DNA from: an uncultured bacterium
GTDB lineage: Bacteria; Fermentibacterota; Fermentibacteria; Fermentibacterales; JCC-6
Assembly (NCBI GenBank): GCA_965372215.1
Contig: CBDVBK010000001.1
Span: forward strand, 39,874 to 103,873
Reading direction: 5' to 3'
DNA: 64,000 bases
Below are positions 20,061-29,545 of the stretch, in pieces. A program made the position numbers and the translations under genes. The notes under the pieces were generated by a model. It saw nothing but the letters and a program-made list of their open reading frames with translations. It did no database searches and was not told where the DNA came from. Position 1 is the first letter of the stretch; each line of letters opens with the position of its first letter.

Positions 20061-20663
20061 CTATTCACCGGGTTTGGGTTCGTCAGGTTCTTCTTCCTTA
20101 ACCTCGGGAGCTGCTGGAGTTACCGGAGCCACCGGTGTAACCGGAGCTGCCGGAGTAACTGGAGCTGCCGGAGTAACCGGAGCTGCTGGAGTAACTGGAG
20201 CTGCCGGAGCCGCAGGTTCTGCTATTTCAGGCTTCTTTTCAAGAGTGGGAATCCCGGCTGCTTTGGTTACATCAGCCATTGATTTCGGCATATCCCAGCC
20301 GGCCGCGCCCTTGAAAAAGAAAGTAACAAATATCTGAGCCAGGCTTGCAAGCGCAACGATCCATATACCTATGCCCAGGCTGATTCCTCCCGGTCTGCTC
20401 TTGAATATCTTGGTCAGTATCAGAAGAAATGCAATAGCTGCCGGAATCCAGACACCGCTGAGGAACTTCTTCGCGAGAGGTTTCATTTTATCACCCGCAA
20501 AGAAGGCGATTGCGCCGCCTGCAGCGAACAGAATTACTATCAACCAGCCTCCATCCTCAGTACCAGAGACATTCATCGTACCGAAGACACTGTACCATGG
20601 AAGGAATGCACCTATCATTCCAATCACGGCAATAACGAGTATGAACATTCGTTTCTTTTCCAT
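20061..20663 (-). CDS. membrane protein (about 4 TM) with Pro/Ala/Thr-rich repeat tail
   Basis: Four hydrophobic segments, then (PAAPVT)n and an acidic end; ATG 20663 with AAGGAGG SD. Confidence 0.75.
   Translation of the reverse strand: MEKKRMFILVIAVIGMIGAFLPWYSVFGTMNVSGTEDGGWLIVILFAAGGAIAFFAGDKMKPLAKKFLSGVWIPAAIAFLLILTKIFKSRPGGISLGIGIWIVALASLAQIFVTFFFKGAAGWDMPKSMADVTKAAGIPTLEKKPEIAEPAAPAAPVTPAAPVTPAAPVTPAAPVTPVAPVTPAAPEVKEEEPDEPKPGE
20107..20216 (-). repeat. 18-bp coding tandem repeat encoding PAAPVT (about 5-6 copies)
   Basis: GGAGCTGCYGGAGTAACY units on the + strand with synonymous variation. Confidence 0.9.
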
Positions 20664-20687
20664 TAGCCCCTCCTTTTCAGTTGAGTA

Positions 20688-20716
20688 AAGATGGGTACCC
20701 ACAAAGAGCATGTCAA
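20688..20716 (-). promoter_or_regulatory. possible sigma70 promoter
   Basis: TTGACA-17 nt-CATCTT, 25 nt upstream of ATG 20663. Confidence 0.4.
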
Positions 20717-20747
20717 TAATGAATTCAGTGCTCTATTTATTGAATGA

Positions 20748-23606
20748 TCAGTTTTCAGCAGGCAAAGAATCAAGCCACTTCTTTATGATTGGTTGAGGTC
20801 TTTCCTGATGGATTTCCTCAAGCAGCGTTCTGCCTGCTGATGCCGATTCAGAATTGCCGGTCAGTTTCCAGTGGTTGTAAAGAGTTTCCGCTCTATGATC
20901 TCGATCAGGAGCTTCTTCAAGCATTCCGAGGAGTCTCGCGGGTGCGTTTTCATCACCTTTCTCCGCCTGAATAACTTCCAGATACAACCTGCTGCTGTAG
21001 ACAAGCTTCTCTCTGCCTTTTCTACCCTCATTCAGATCAAGAGCTTCTCTGAGGTCTTTCTCTGCTTTATCGAATTCTCCATCCAGTGAGAATATCTTTC
21101 CCCTCAATCCAAGCTGACTGCTGCAGGAAACCATATCATTTGCTTTCCTGGAATTCGCCAGTGCCCTGTTGATGCTTTCAATTGCTGCCGCAGGTTCATC
21201 AAGCTGGAACTGAATCAGAGCAATCGCAGACCACCCTTCAGACAGATTACGCTTATCACCTATCGCCTCCGCATGTTCAATCTGTGTTTGAACACAATCC
21301 AGCGCCGATTCAAAATCTCCCTTCAGAGAAAAGATATACCCCATTCTGGCATAGCCTGACATCAGACCTGATCTGAAACCTATGACTGAGGCAGTATCTA
21401 TCAGTTCGATGGAGTATTTCAGAGCAGCATCTATATCCTCTACTTCGATCGAAGCGTGCGCGAGATTTCCCAGTGCGGCGCACTTCGCTCTGAGGTTGCC
21501 TGTTTTGATGCTGAGGGTTACACATTGCATGAAGCAGTCAATCGCCTGTTCCCATTCCGCCCTTCGAAGATGAATAATTCCAAGCTTGCTTGTAGCAGTG
21601 CTCAGCGCAGCCCAGTTCGCCGTTTTCTCAGCAGCTTTTCTGAGCTTCTCATGCACTTCTTCTGCGCTTTCGTAATCCCTGTTATAAATGTGAACTCTCA
21701 TAAGATTATCATATCCAGCGATAATGCTTTTGATCAGACCCGTTTCCTTCGCAAGCCTGACCTGCTCCTCAGTACATTTCTTCATGAAATCGTACTGGCC
21801 CAGCTGTCTGTAAGTTATCGCAAGCCAGTAAAGCGAAGCACAGATCTCCAGCGGAATTCCTGTTTTTCTGGCAAGGTCTACAGATTCTTCACCAAGAGCG
21901 ACAGCTTCTTCAGTTCTTCCTGCTGTTCTGACAACCAAACCAAGTTGCCGCGTCGCGACAGACATGTGACGCATATCAGCCATACGGGAAAATGTTTCCA
22001 GGCAGTCCCGGAGCATTTTCTCGGCCTGTTTCAGCTTCCCTGAAGACCCCAGATTAGTCCCCAGTTTCAACATCACCCTGGCTTTAAGTAAATCATCAAC
22101 TAAAGGATTTACGTGGATTCTCTTCATTGTGCGGGTCAGCAGATCTATACCTTCGTTAAGCAGTCCCGCATTCCGGTAAACACCTGCAAGGTCCAGATCA
22201 GCCTCGGTCCTTTCCGGATCCCGAACCATGGAAGCAAGCCTTTCATACATTGAAATCGCTGAACTGTTCTCGAAATTCTCAGCGAAAGCCTCCGCGGTTT
22301 TTCTGATATACATCGCAGCTTTCAGATTATCACCGCCCAACTGGAAATGGCTGGCGATCTCCTCAAGGTAGTATGCGGAAGCAGTCCCTGCGTGAAATAC
22401 TTCAAGAATATGCCCCGCCTTCAGGTGAAGCTTCTCGTGTTCATGTAAGGGAATGAGTTCAAAAGCCCATTCACGAAACACCACATGTGCGAAAGAACAG
22501 GAATCTCCATCAACTGTGAATATATGCTTCTGAATACATGATTCCAGTTCATTTTGAATAGTTTCATATTCAGTGACTTCAGCCAGAACACCCCGGTTGA
22601 ATAACTTTCCCAGAAGGGATGCGGTTCCCGCTATCTTCTGAACCGACGCAGGCATCATGCGAACTCTGGCGAGGAACATATCCTTGATGGATTCCGTGAT
22701 CTCCGTTGCAGATCCGCTCAGGCAAAGGCGGTTTCCCATTCTGTTAACTTGTTCCGTTTCAGTTAGATAATCAAGAGCCTGCTCAAGAAAAAGAGGGACT
22801 CCTCCAGCTCTATCCCACAGAAAGTCAACAAGCTTGTTCTCAGGAATAATGCCGGTGAGTTCCTTCACAAATGAGATGATATCCTTTTTTGAAAGCCCGC
22901 TGAGGAATACTATGTCTGACACCGAAGCAGGATCAACGGACGGAAAAACAGGCCGGGTTCCCGTAGAATCCGGTCTTCCTGTCGCAATGAACCCGAGTGG
23001 ATATCCGGAAGCCGTCCTGATCATTCTCTCAAAGATCAGGAGACTCTCGCTGGAAAACCACTGGATATTCTCCATTACCACAACAACGGGCTGCAGAATT
23101 GAAAGAGCGATGAAAAACGATGTTATTGATGTTGAAAGCTTTTCTGCTCTCTGCGACGGATCAAGCTGGTATACTATCGATCCGGATTCCTGAGAAAGCC
23201 CTGAAACACTTTCAAGGAAAGGTCTGGCTTCCAGGAGTTCGTCAACCAGCTGATGAACAGGATAATCTGTCCGGAGTTCCAGATTGAGAAGGAGTCCTTC
23301 CCAGACGTGCCGGAAATTCTCGGAGTTTTTCTTCTCCGAAGCTCCTGCATCAAGATTGAACCACTCCCGGAAAAAATCAACTAAAGGGTCAGTGCCCGGA
23401 GCCTGATCGGCCTCGATGAAGACGAATTCCACATCCGGAAAAGCTCCGTCGATCTCTTTTACAAGTCTGGTCTTACCAATACCTGCGGGAGCCCAGTAGC
23501 AGAGCATACCGGGTGAATTGCCGGTTTCAAGTTCCGAGAAAAGCGAGACCGCCTGAGCAAGCTGACATTCGCGCCCGACCATTGCTCCCCGATACATGAT
23601 TGTCAT
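20748..23606 (-). CDS. STAND-like AAA ATPase with C-terminal TPR array
   Basis: MVGRE lead-in, Walker A APAGIGKT, Walker B-like VVVMENIQW, AGGVPLFLEQ (GxP), FAHVVFRE winged helix, about 10 TPR-like helical repeats. Confidence 0.8.
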   Translation of the reverse strand: MTIMYRGAMVGRECQLAQAVSLFSELETGNSPGMLCYWAPAGIGKTRLVKEIDGAFPDVEFVFIEADQAPGTDPLVDFFREWFNLDAGASEKKNSENFRHVWEGLLLNLELRTDYPVHQLVDELLEARPFLESVSGLSQESGSIVYQLDPSQRAEKLSTSITSFFIALSILQPVVVVMENIQWFSSESLLIFERMIRTASGYPLGFIATGRPDSTGTRPVFPSVDPASVSDIVFLSGLSKKDIISFVKELTGIIPENKLVDFLWDRAGGVPLFLEQALDYLTETEQVNRMGNRLCLSGSATEITESIKDMFLARVRMMPASVQKIAGTASLLGKLFNRGVLAEVTEYETIQNELESCIQKHIFTVDGDSCSFAHVVFREWAFELIPLHEHEKLHLKAGHILEVFHAGTASAYYLEEIASHFQLGGDNLKAAMYIRKTAEAFAENFENSSAISMYERLASMVRDPERTEADLDLAGVYRNAGLLNEGIDLLTRTMKRIHVNPLVDDLLKARVMLKLGTNLGSSGKLKQAEKMLRDCLETFSRMADMRHMSVATRQLGLVVRTAGRTEEAVALGEESVDLARKTGIPLEICASLYWLAITYRQLGQYDFMKKCTEEQVRLAKETGLIKSIIAGYDNLMRVHIYNRDYESAEEVHEKLRKAAEKTANWAALSTATSKLGIIHLRRAEWEQAIDCFMQCVTLSIKTGNLRAKCAALGNLAHASIEVEDIDAALKYSIELIDTASVIGFRSGLMSGYARMGYIFSLKGDFESALDCVQTQIEHAEAIGDKRNLSEGWSAIALIQFQLDEPAAAIESINRALANSRKANDMVSCSSQLGLRGKIFSLDGEFDKAEKDLREALDLNEGRKGREKLVYSSRLYLEVIQAEKGDENAPARLLGMLEEAPDRDHRAETLYNHWKLTGNSESASAGRTLLEEIHQERPQPIIKKWLDSLPAEN

Positions 23607-23890
23607 TCCTTATGCCAATCCGGTACTTTCGAGTAACAATCTATGGATACAAGTTTCCTTCTGGACGTAATACCGGACAGCAATTTGATGGACATAAGTG
23701 TTGTACCGAACTCGTCGGCCAGGAATTTCTGCAGTTCTCTGTTGGCTTTTCCATCTGCAGGGGGAGCGTTGAGCGTGATCTTGAGAGTTCCATCAGCCAT
23801 TCTACCCCGGACCTCAGTTTTCGAAGCCCTGGGGATGACCTTGACCTCTAAACGTATTTCACGCTGTTTTCTGTTCATTATTTGCCGCAT
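23603..23890 (-). CDS. DUF167/YggU family protein
   Basis: VKVIPRASK...LKITLNAPPADGKAN...SGITSRRK. Confidence 0.9.
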   Translation of the reverse strand: MRQIMNRKQREIRLEVKVIPRASKTEVRGRMADGTLKITLNAPPADGKANRELQKFLADEFGTTLMSIKLLSGITSRRKLVSIDCYSKVPDWHKE

Positions 23891-23930
23891 TCGGGCATTT
23901 TATCAGCTTTTACTTTACCTGCTTTTAAAA

Positions 23931-24113
23931 CTAGTGCCTGTCACTATTTAATGGTTTGGCTTCCTCGATAAGCATTATCGGAATATCATCCTTCACTTCA
24001 TATACAAGGGCACAGGAATGACATACAAGCACTTCTTCAGGATCGGTTCTGTATTCCAGTTCACCCTTGCACTTCGGACAGGCAAGAATCGAAAGTAATC
24101 TTTCATCAAGCAT
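23931..24113 (-). CDS. Trm112/YcaR family protein
   Basis: [12 protein letters not shown]...C..C...[15 protein letters not shown]. Confidence 0.93.
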   Translation of the reverse strand: MLDERLLSILACPKCKGELEYRTDPEEVLVCHSCALVYEVKDDIPIMLIEEAKPLNSDRH

Positions 24114-24122
24114 AATACACTC

Positions 24123-25352
24123 CTAAATTACGAAAACACCATCCTCTATGATCTTATCCTCCGAACCGTCTTTCCGGACACCGAAGACGGAAACATCTTC
24201 TGAACCGATCATGAAATCGGTGTGAACGAGAGATGAATTGCACTTCGTTGCTTTCAGTTCTTCATCGGACATCCTGGTTCCATTCTCAATGCAATCAGCG
24301 TAACCGTTACCAAGAGCGATATGACACGACGCGTTTTCATCAAATAGAATGTTATAGAATATCTTTCCACTTCTGTAGATGGGCGAATTGACATCAACAA
24401 GAGCGACTTCACCTAGAGCCTTTGCCCCCTCATCGAATTGAAGGTACTGATCCAGTACTTCTTCATTCTTGTCAGCCCCGAATTCGATTACTTTGCCCTC
24501 TTTGAATTTGAACCAGGCACCTTCAACCTGTGAACCAAGTACTTCTACAGGACGTGTTGTCCTGACTGTTCCTTCCGTTCGCGCAAGGTCAGGAGTACTG
24601 AATACCTCTTCGGTCGGAATGTTCGGAAAGAACACAATACCGCTCTGATTTACACATCTTCCACCTGCGAAAATTCTGTTCGGAGCCATTCCGACATACA
24701 GGTCGGTTCCAGGACCAGTGAAATGTATCCTGTCATAGCGCAGTCTGTTCATATGCTCTGCTCTTCTCTTGAGTTCAGCATCGTGCTCGAGCCATGCCTT
24801 CGCGGGGTCGTCCCGATCCAGACGGAGAATCGGAATGAGTATGTCCCATATCCGTTCCTCCCAGTTCACGGAATCTCCAAGAACCTTTGCTGCCCAGGCT
24901 TCGGTTGGATACAGACATACGTTCCAAGCGATCCTGTTAGCTGAGATCCCCTTCAGAAATTTCTGCATACCACGCGAGTTTACTTTGCTTGCCCTGGCGA
25001 GACGTCTGGAATCCGCGCCTTCCATAATATCGGGATTCTCCGGACCTCTAAGAGAAATGCTGCTCCATCCGTCATTGAGATAGCTCTCATACATCTTCTC
25101 CAGATGGGAGGGCAAAAAATCAAGATATTCTTCCTTTCTGACTCCTTCCAGGCGCATTCTGCTTAATGCGGAGTCCGAGTATTTAACAGAGACAAAAGAA
25201 GCTCCGTTTTCGTACGCAATGCGAACAAGTTCTCTGACAAATTCCTTCTGCGCTATCTCAGTTCTTATGAGGAGAGGTTTGCCCTCCTGTTGATTGACAG
25301 CGGTTTTTATGATTATTTCCGCATACTTCCTGTGGAGCTTTTCTCTTTTCAT
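24123..25352 (-). CDS. M29 family aminopeptidase (AmpS/AmpT-like)
   Basis: PNIPTEEVFSTP, LGEVALV, LFDENASCHIALG, NSSLVHTDFMIG. Confidence 0.93.
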   Translation of the reverse strand: MKREKLHRKYAEIIIKTAVNQQEGKPLLIRTEIAQKEFVRELVRIAYENGASFVSVKYSDSALSRMRLEGVRKEEYLDFLPSHLEKMYESYLNDGWSSISLRGPENPDIMEGADSRRLARASKVNSRGMQKFLKGISANRIAWNVCLYPTEAWAAKVLGDSVNWEERIWDILIPILRLDRDDPAKAWLEHDAELKRRAEHMNRLRYDRIHFTGPGTDLYVGMAPNRIFAGGRCVNQSGIVFFPNIPTEEVFSTPDLARTEGTVRTTRPVEVLGSQVEGAWFKFKEGKVIEFGADKNEEVLDQYLQFDEGAKALGEVALVDVNSPIYRSGKIFYNILFDENASCHIALGNGYADCIENGTRMSDEELKATKCNSSLVHTDFMIGSEDVSVFGVRKDGSEDKIIEDGVFVI

Positions 25353-25367
25353 GATTCTCCGATCACA

Positions 25368-26084
25368 TTAAAACAATCCGAGGAAATCTATTCCAAGCGC
25401 TCTGTAATTTCTTCCCCCGGTTTCAAGTATATCGATAAACTGCAGTGATATTCTGACCTGGCCAAAACTCTCCCAGTATACTTCTCCGCTCAGGAAACCT
25501 CCTCCTACGTCAAAACGGACCGAGTCAGCTTCATCTGTAGCGAAATCGTACTCGAGAGCCAGTCCGAATCCACCTGGAAATGACTTATCCAGACCTGTCC
25601 AGGCACCGGCATGCACAAGCTCTCTGACGTCAGCGCTGATACCGAAGTGGAAGGCCATATCACCGCCGATAGTATTGAAATTCTTGCTGAGCGCCAGATA
25701 TAGATCCCTGGCTTTTCGTCTGTACGACGCGCCGCGTCGAACAGCTTCCGGTTCATTATCAAATCCAAGAACCATGCCTGGAAGAGGTACTGTTTCATCA
25801 AGCAGACGAAACCTTGCCTTTAGATAAATATGCTCAAACCATGATGGCTCGTTCATACCGGTAATATTCCATCCTCCATAGCCAAGACCTGCTGCGAGCC
25901 TCGGTATGATACCCACACAGAATGAAAACCTCAGTCCATCATTCGGGAATGTATTAACGGAGATGCTGTACGTCCCTGGTGCAACAATACCGGCAGTCGG
26001 TTCATGTACAATTCTCATCAATTCGCCGGAACCGCCGGCTCCAGCAAGCAGAAGCAGCAGGCTGATCAGAATAATCTTCCTCAA
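25368..26084 (-). CDS. putative outer-membrane beta-barrel protein (YjbH-like)
   Basis: Signal peptide, PTAG motif, alternating beta-strands, C-terminal Phe. Confidence 0.55.
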   Translation of the reverse strand: MRKIILISLLLLLAGAGGSGELMRIVHEPTAGIVAPGTYSISVNTFPNDGLRFSFCVGIIPRLAAGLGYGGWNITGMNEPSWFEHIYLKARFRLLDETVPLPGMVLGFDNEPEAVRRGASYRRKARDLYLALSKNFNTIGGDMAFHFGISADVRELVHAGAWTGLDKSFPGGFGLALEYDFATDEADSVRFDVGGGFLSGEVYWESFGQVRISLQFIDILETGGRNYRALGIDFLGLF

Positions 26085-29000
26085 AAGCTCGGCCCCCTTC
26101 CTCTGGACAGAGATACGGATTCATTCCCCAGAAGTTCTCTCAGTTTTAAAATCAGTTCAGCACCAGGATCAACTCTCAGAGATCTGGAACGCCCTACGAC
26201 TTTCCATCCCGAGCTGTGTTTGATAACAACTGATACTTCTCCCTTGCCCGAATTGTTCCTTAGACAATCCACCGCTTTCTCAAGCAGCTCCATTCTGGGG
26301 TTGCTGCCATCTATCATTATGGTTACGCCGGCTCTCAGTATGGATCTGACCTTGTTCAACGGAAAAATCTTTCTGGCATTGAAGCGGCTGTCCCCCCTCC
26401 TTCTTGACACTTCACCATCCATCAGAACAAGACAATCCGGTTCAAGCAAATTACCGAATTCTTTAAGAGCATCACTGAATACAACAACCTCACTTGTACC
26501 GCTGCGGCCTTCTACCAGCACAAATGCCATGTCACCACGTTTTGTGGGAATGATCTTCTTTTTCAATATCAAACCGGCGGTAGTTATGAGTTTTCTTTCA
26601 CTTTCATGAGCCAGTTCAATCGGCTCGTTGGAAAAACTGTCAATCTCATCGGAATACATCTCAAGAGGGTGACCGGTCATGTAGAATCCAAGAAGAGATT
26701 TTTCCAGTCTGTACTTTTCTTCCAGTGATAGTTCTTCCTTCTTTCTCAATATCGGCATTTTATTTACAGAGTTCTCTTCACTGCTGTCCCGTTCACCACC
26801 GAACAATGACATCTGTCCAGCTTCAATGTGCCTTCTGACCGATATTCCATAGTTGATCGCGTGTTCTACTGAATCAAGAAGAGTCGCTCTGTTCATACCG
26901 AAGCAGTCCATTGCTCCAGCGCCAATGAGAGATTCAACAGCCTTCTTATTGATCGCTCCGTTTCCCACCTTCGTGCACAGATCAAAGATGTTGTCAAATG
27001 GTCCATCCTTCTCTCTTGCTTTCACAATCTCGGATGACGGTCCCTCCCCTACATTCTTGATCGCGGAAAGAGCATAGACTATCCCGCCTTCCTGGTCTAC
27101 GTCGAACTTGATCGAACTGTGATTAACGGATGGCGGATTCACTCTCACACCAAGTCGTAAGCACTCCTCAATGAGGGGAGTAATCCTGTCAATCTTGCCT
27201 ATCTCACTGGTAAGACATGCCGCCAGGAATTCTGCAGGGTAGTTTCCCTTCAACCATGCTGTCCAGTAGGCAAGCGCCGCATAACAGACAGCGTGAGATT
27301 TATTGAAACCGTATCCGGCGAATTTCTCAATAAGGTTAAAAACCTTCACAGCTGTTTTTTTCTTCACATCCCTGTCAATGGCACCGCTGATAAACTTCTC
27401 CCGCATCTGAGCCATGACTTTCGGGTTCTTCCGAGACATCGCCCTCCTGAGTGTATCCGCTTCCGCCATGGACATGCCGGCCAGAAGATTTGCTATCCTC
27501 ATAACCTGTTCCTGATAGATTATCACTCCGAATGTAGATGAAAGAACTTCTTCCAGGTCAGGATGGGGAAATGTGATGGTGAAATCGGATGAACCGGATT
27601 CAATACCTTTCTTGTTATCAGCATATAGATCTATCATGTCCATGGAGCCCGGACGGAAAATAGCTACTGCGGCTACAATGTCATTAAAGCTGCTGACGTT
27701 TATTTTCCTCAGAGCATCACGCATGCCGGAGCTTTCCAGCTGAAACACGCCCGCTGTCTCACCTCTGCTCATCAGTTCAAGAGTCTTCCTGTCATCAAAT
27801 AGCAGGTTCTTCACTCTGAATTCGGGATCTCGTCTGCGAACCAATCCCTCAGCCCGATGAATAATCGTCACGTTTCGAAGACCGAGCAGATCCAGTTTCA
27901 GAAGGCCTACTTTTTCTGCGCTTTTCTTTTCGTATTGGGTTGTAATCCCCTCTTTTGCGGAGCAAAGAGGAACATACTCCCGAAGATCGCCAGGGGTTAT
28001 TATGACACCGGCTGCGTGAACTCCGGAATGCCTGGCGATGTTCTCCAGAGTGTAAGCATAATCGAAGAGCTTCTCAATTTCTTTTTCTTCGCTGACTCTC
28101 CGCGAAAGTTCCGGAACACTTTTCACAACTTCCGGGAGAGGAGCGTCAGGGTTGGGAGCTGATGCCACCAGTTTTGCCAGAATATCTCCCTCCGAGACAC
28201 TCATTCCCATGACACGCGCCATATCTCTTACCACAGATCTGTTTCTGATCCTGCTGAAGGTAATGAGCTGGCAGACATTTTCCCTGCCGTACATGTCGAT
28301 GATATGGTCGATAATTTCTCCGCGGCGTTCACAGCAGACATCGATATCGATGTCCGGCATCTCCATCCGTGCGGGGTTGAGGAAGCGCTCGAAGCTGAGG
28401 TCGTAATCAAGCGGATTAATATCAGTAATGTCTATAGCAAAGGAAACGAGGCTTCCGGCAGTTGAGCCCCTTCCCGGTCCCACCGGTATATCCATGGATC
28501 TGGCCCATCTCATCATCTCGGAGACTATGAGAAAGTAACCCGGAAAGCCCATATCACCTATGATGCCAAGTTCGTGCTCAAGTCTTCCGGTTTCCAGGGG
28601 ATTCAACTCCCTGTCCAGCCTCCTGGCCAGACCTTCAAAAGATAATCGATGGAGATAATTGTCGGTGTTCGCCTCCCCTTCAGGAAGGGGATACTCCGGC
28701 AGAATGGGCTCGCACTCGATCAGGCTGAGTTCGCATTTCTCCGCAAGTCTGACAGTATTTGAGACAGCTTCCGGTATCCATTCGAATAGTTTCTCCATCT
28801 CAAGGGGAGTTTTTACATAGAATTCAGCTGTTTCGAACCGCATCCGTCCGGGATCGTTAAGAGTCTTCCCAGTCTGTAGACAGAGAAGCGCTTCGTGTGC
28901 CTGATGATCCTCTCTTTTAAGGTAATGCGCGTCGTTGGTCGCCGCAACGATTGCTCCGGTCTCCTTTGCAAGGGAAGCAAGAACTGGAAGAACCTTTGCT

Positions 29001-29545
29001 TCATCGGACAGTCCATGATCCATAAGCTCAATGAAGTAATTTTCAGGTCCAACGAGGTCCTGATAAAACCGAATAGTGTCTAAAGCCTTCTTCCTGCTTC
29101 CGGAAAGGAGATGCTGTGTAACCTCTCCCAGAAGGCAGGCGGAACCGATAAGAAGCCCTTCACTGTAACGGGCTAGTATTTCCCGATCAATCCGCGGTTT
29201 GTAGTAGAATCCATCAATATACCCGGCTGATGAAAGCTTCGAGAGATTACGGTATCCTTTTTCATTTTTAGCTATAAGTGTCAGATGATATCTTTTCCCA
29301 TTTCTTGTGCGATCTTTCATGGAAGGGAAAGCTATGTAAGCTTCCATTCCTAGAATTGGATGCACTCCCTTTTCCTTCATTTTTTCAAAGAACTGAACTG
29401 CCCCGAAAAGGCTGCCATGATCCGTAACAGCAACTGAATTCATTCCATTTGAAGAAATGAAAGAGGCCAGGCGATCAAATCTTATCACTCCATCAAGAAG
29501 GCTGTATTCCGAATGCAGATGCAGATGTACAAAACCTACACTCAT
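26081..29545 (-). CDS. dnaE: DNA polymerase III alpha subunit
   Basis: FVHLHLHSEYSLLDG PHP domain, GPGRGSTAGS, MPDIDID, GYGFNKSHA, OB fold; no intein. Confidence 0.98.
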   Translation of the reverse strand: MSVGFVHLHLHSEYSLLDGVIRFDRLASFISSNGMNSVAVTDHGSLFGAVQFFEKMKEKGVHPILGMEAYIAFPSMKDRTRNGKRYHLTLIAKNEKGYRNLSKLSSAGYIDGFYYKPRIDREILARYSEGLLIGSACLLGEVTQHLLSGSRKKALDTIRFYQDLVGPENYFIELMDHGLSDEAKVLPVLASLAKETGAIVAATNDAHYLKREDHQAHEALLCLQTGKTLNDPGRMRFETAEFYVKTPLEMEKLFEWIPEAVSNTVRLAEKCELSLIECEPILPEYPLPEGEANTDNYLHRLSFEGLARRLDRELNPLETGRLEHELGIIGDMGFPGYFLIVSEMMRWARSMDIPVGPGRGSTAGSLVSFAIDITDINPLDYDLSFERFLNPARMEMPDIDIDVCCERRGEIIDHIIDMYGRENVCQLITFSRIRNRSVVRDMARVMGMSVSEGDILAKLVASAPNPDAPLPEVVKSVPELSRRVSEEKEIEKLFDYAYTLENIARHSGVHAAGVIITPGDLREYVPLCSAKEGITTQYEKKSAEKVGLLKLDLLGLRNVTIIHRAEGLVRRRDPEFRVKNLLFDDRKTLELMSRGETAGVFQLESSGMRDALRKINVSSFNDIVAAVAIFRPGSMDMIDLYADNKKGIESGSSDFTITFPHPDLEEVLSSTFGVIIYQEQVMRIANLLAGMSMAEADTLRRAMSRKNPKVMAQMREKFISGAIDRDVKKKTAVKVFNLIEKFAGYGFNKSHAVCYAALAYWTAWLKGNYPAEFLAACLTSEIGKIDRITPLIEECLRLGVRVNPPSVNHSSIKFDVDQEGGIVYALSAIKNVGEGPSSEIVKAREKDGPFDNIFDLCTKVGNGAINKKAVESLIGAGAMDCFGMNRATLLDSVEHAINYGISVRRHIEAGQMSLFGGERDSSEENSVNKMPILRKKEELSLEEKYRLEKSLLGFYMTGHPLEMYSDEIDSFSNEPIELAHESERKLITTAGLILKKKIIPTKRGDMAFVLVEGRSGTSEVVVFSDALKEFGNLLEPDCLVLMDGEVSRRRGDSRFNARKIFPLNKVRSILRAGVTIMIDGSNPRMELLEKAVDCLRNNSGKGEVSVVIKHSSGWKVVGRSRSLRVDPGAELILKLRELLGNESVSLSRGRGPSF

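Noticed and set aside
26081-29545. Intein in DnaE
   Set aside because: Normal length (1154 aa), continuous motifs, no splice-junction signatures
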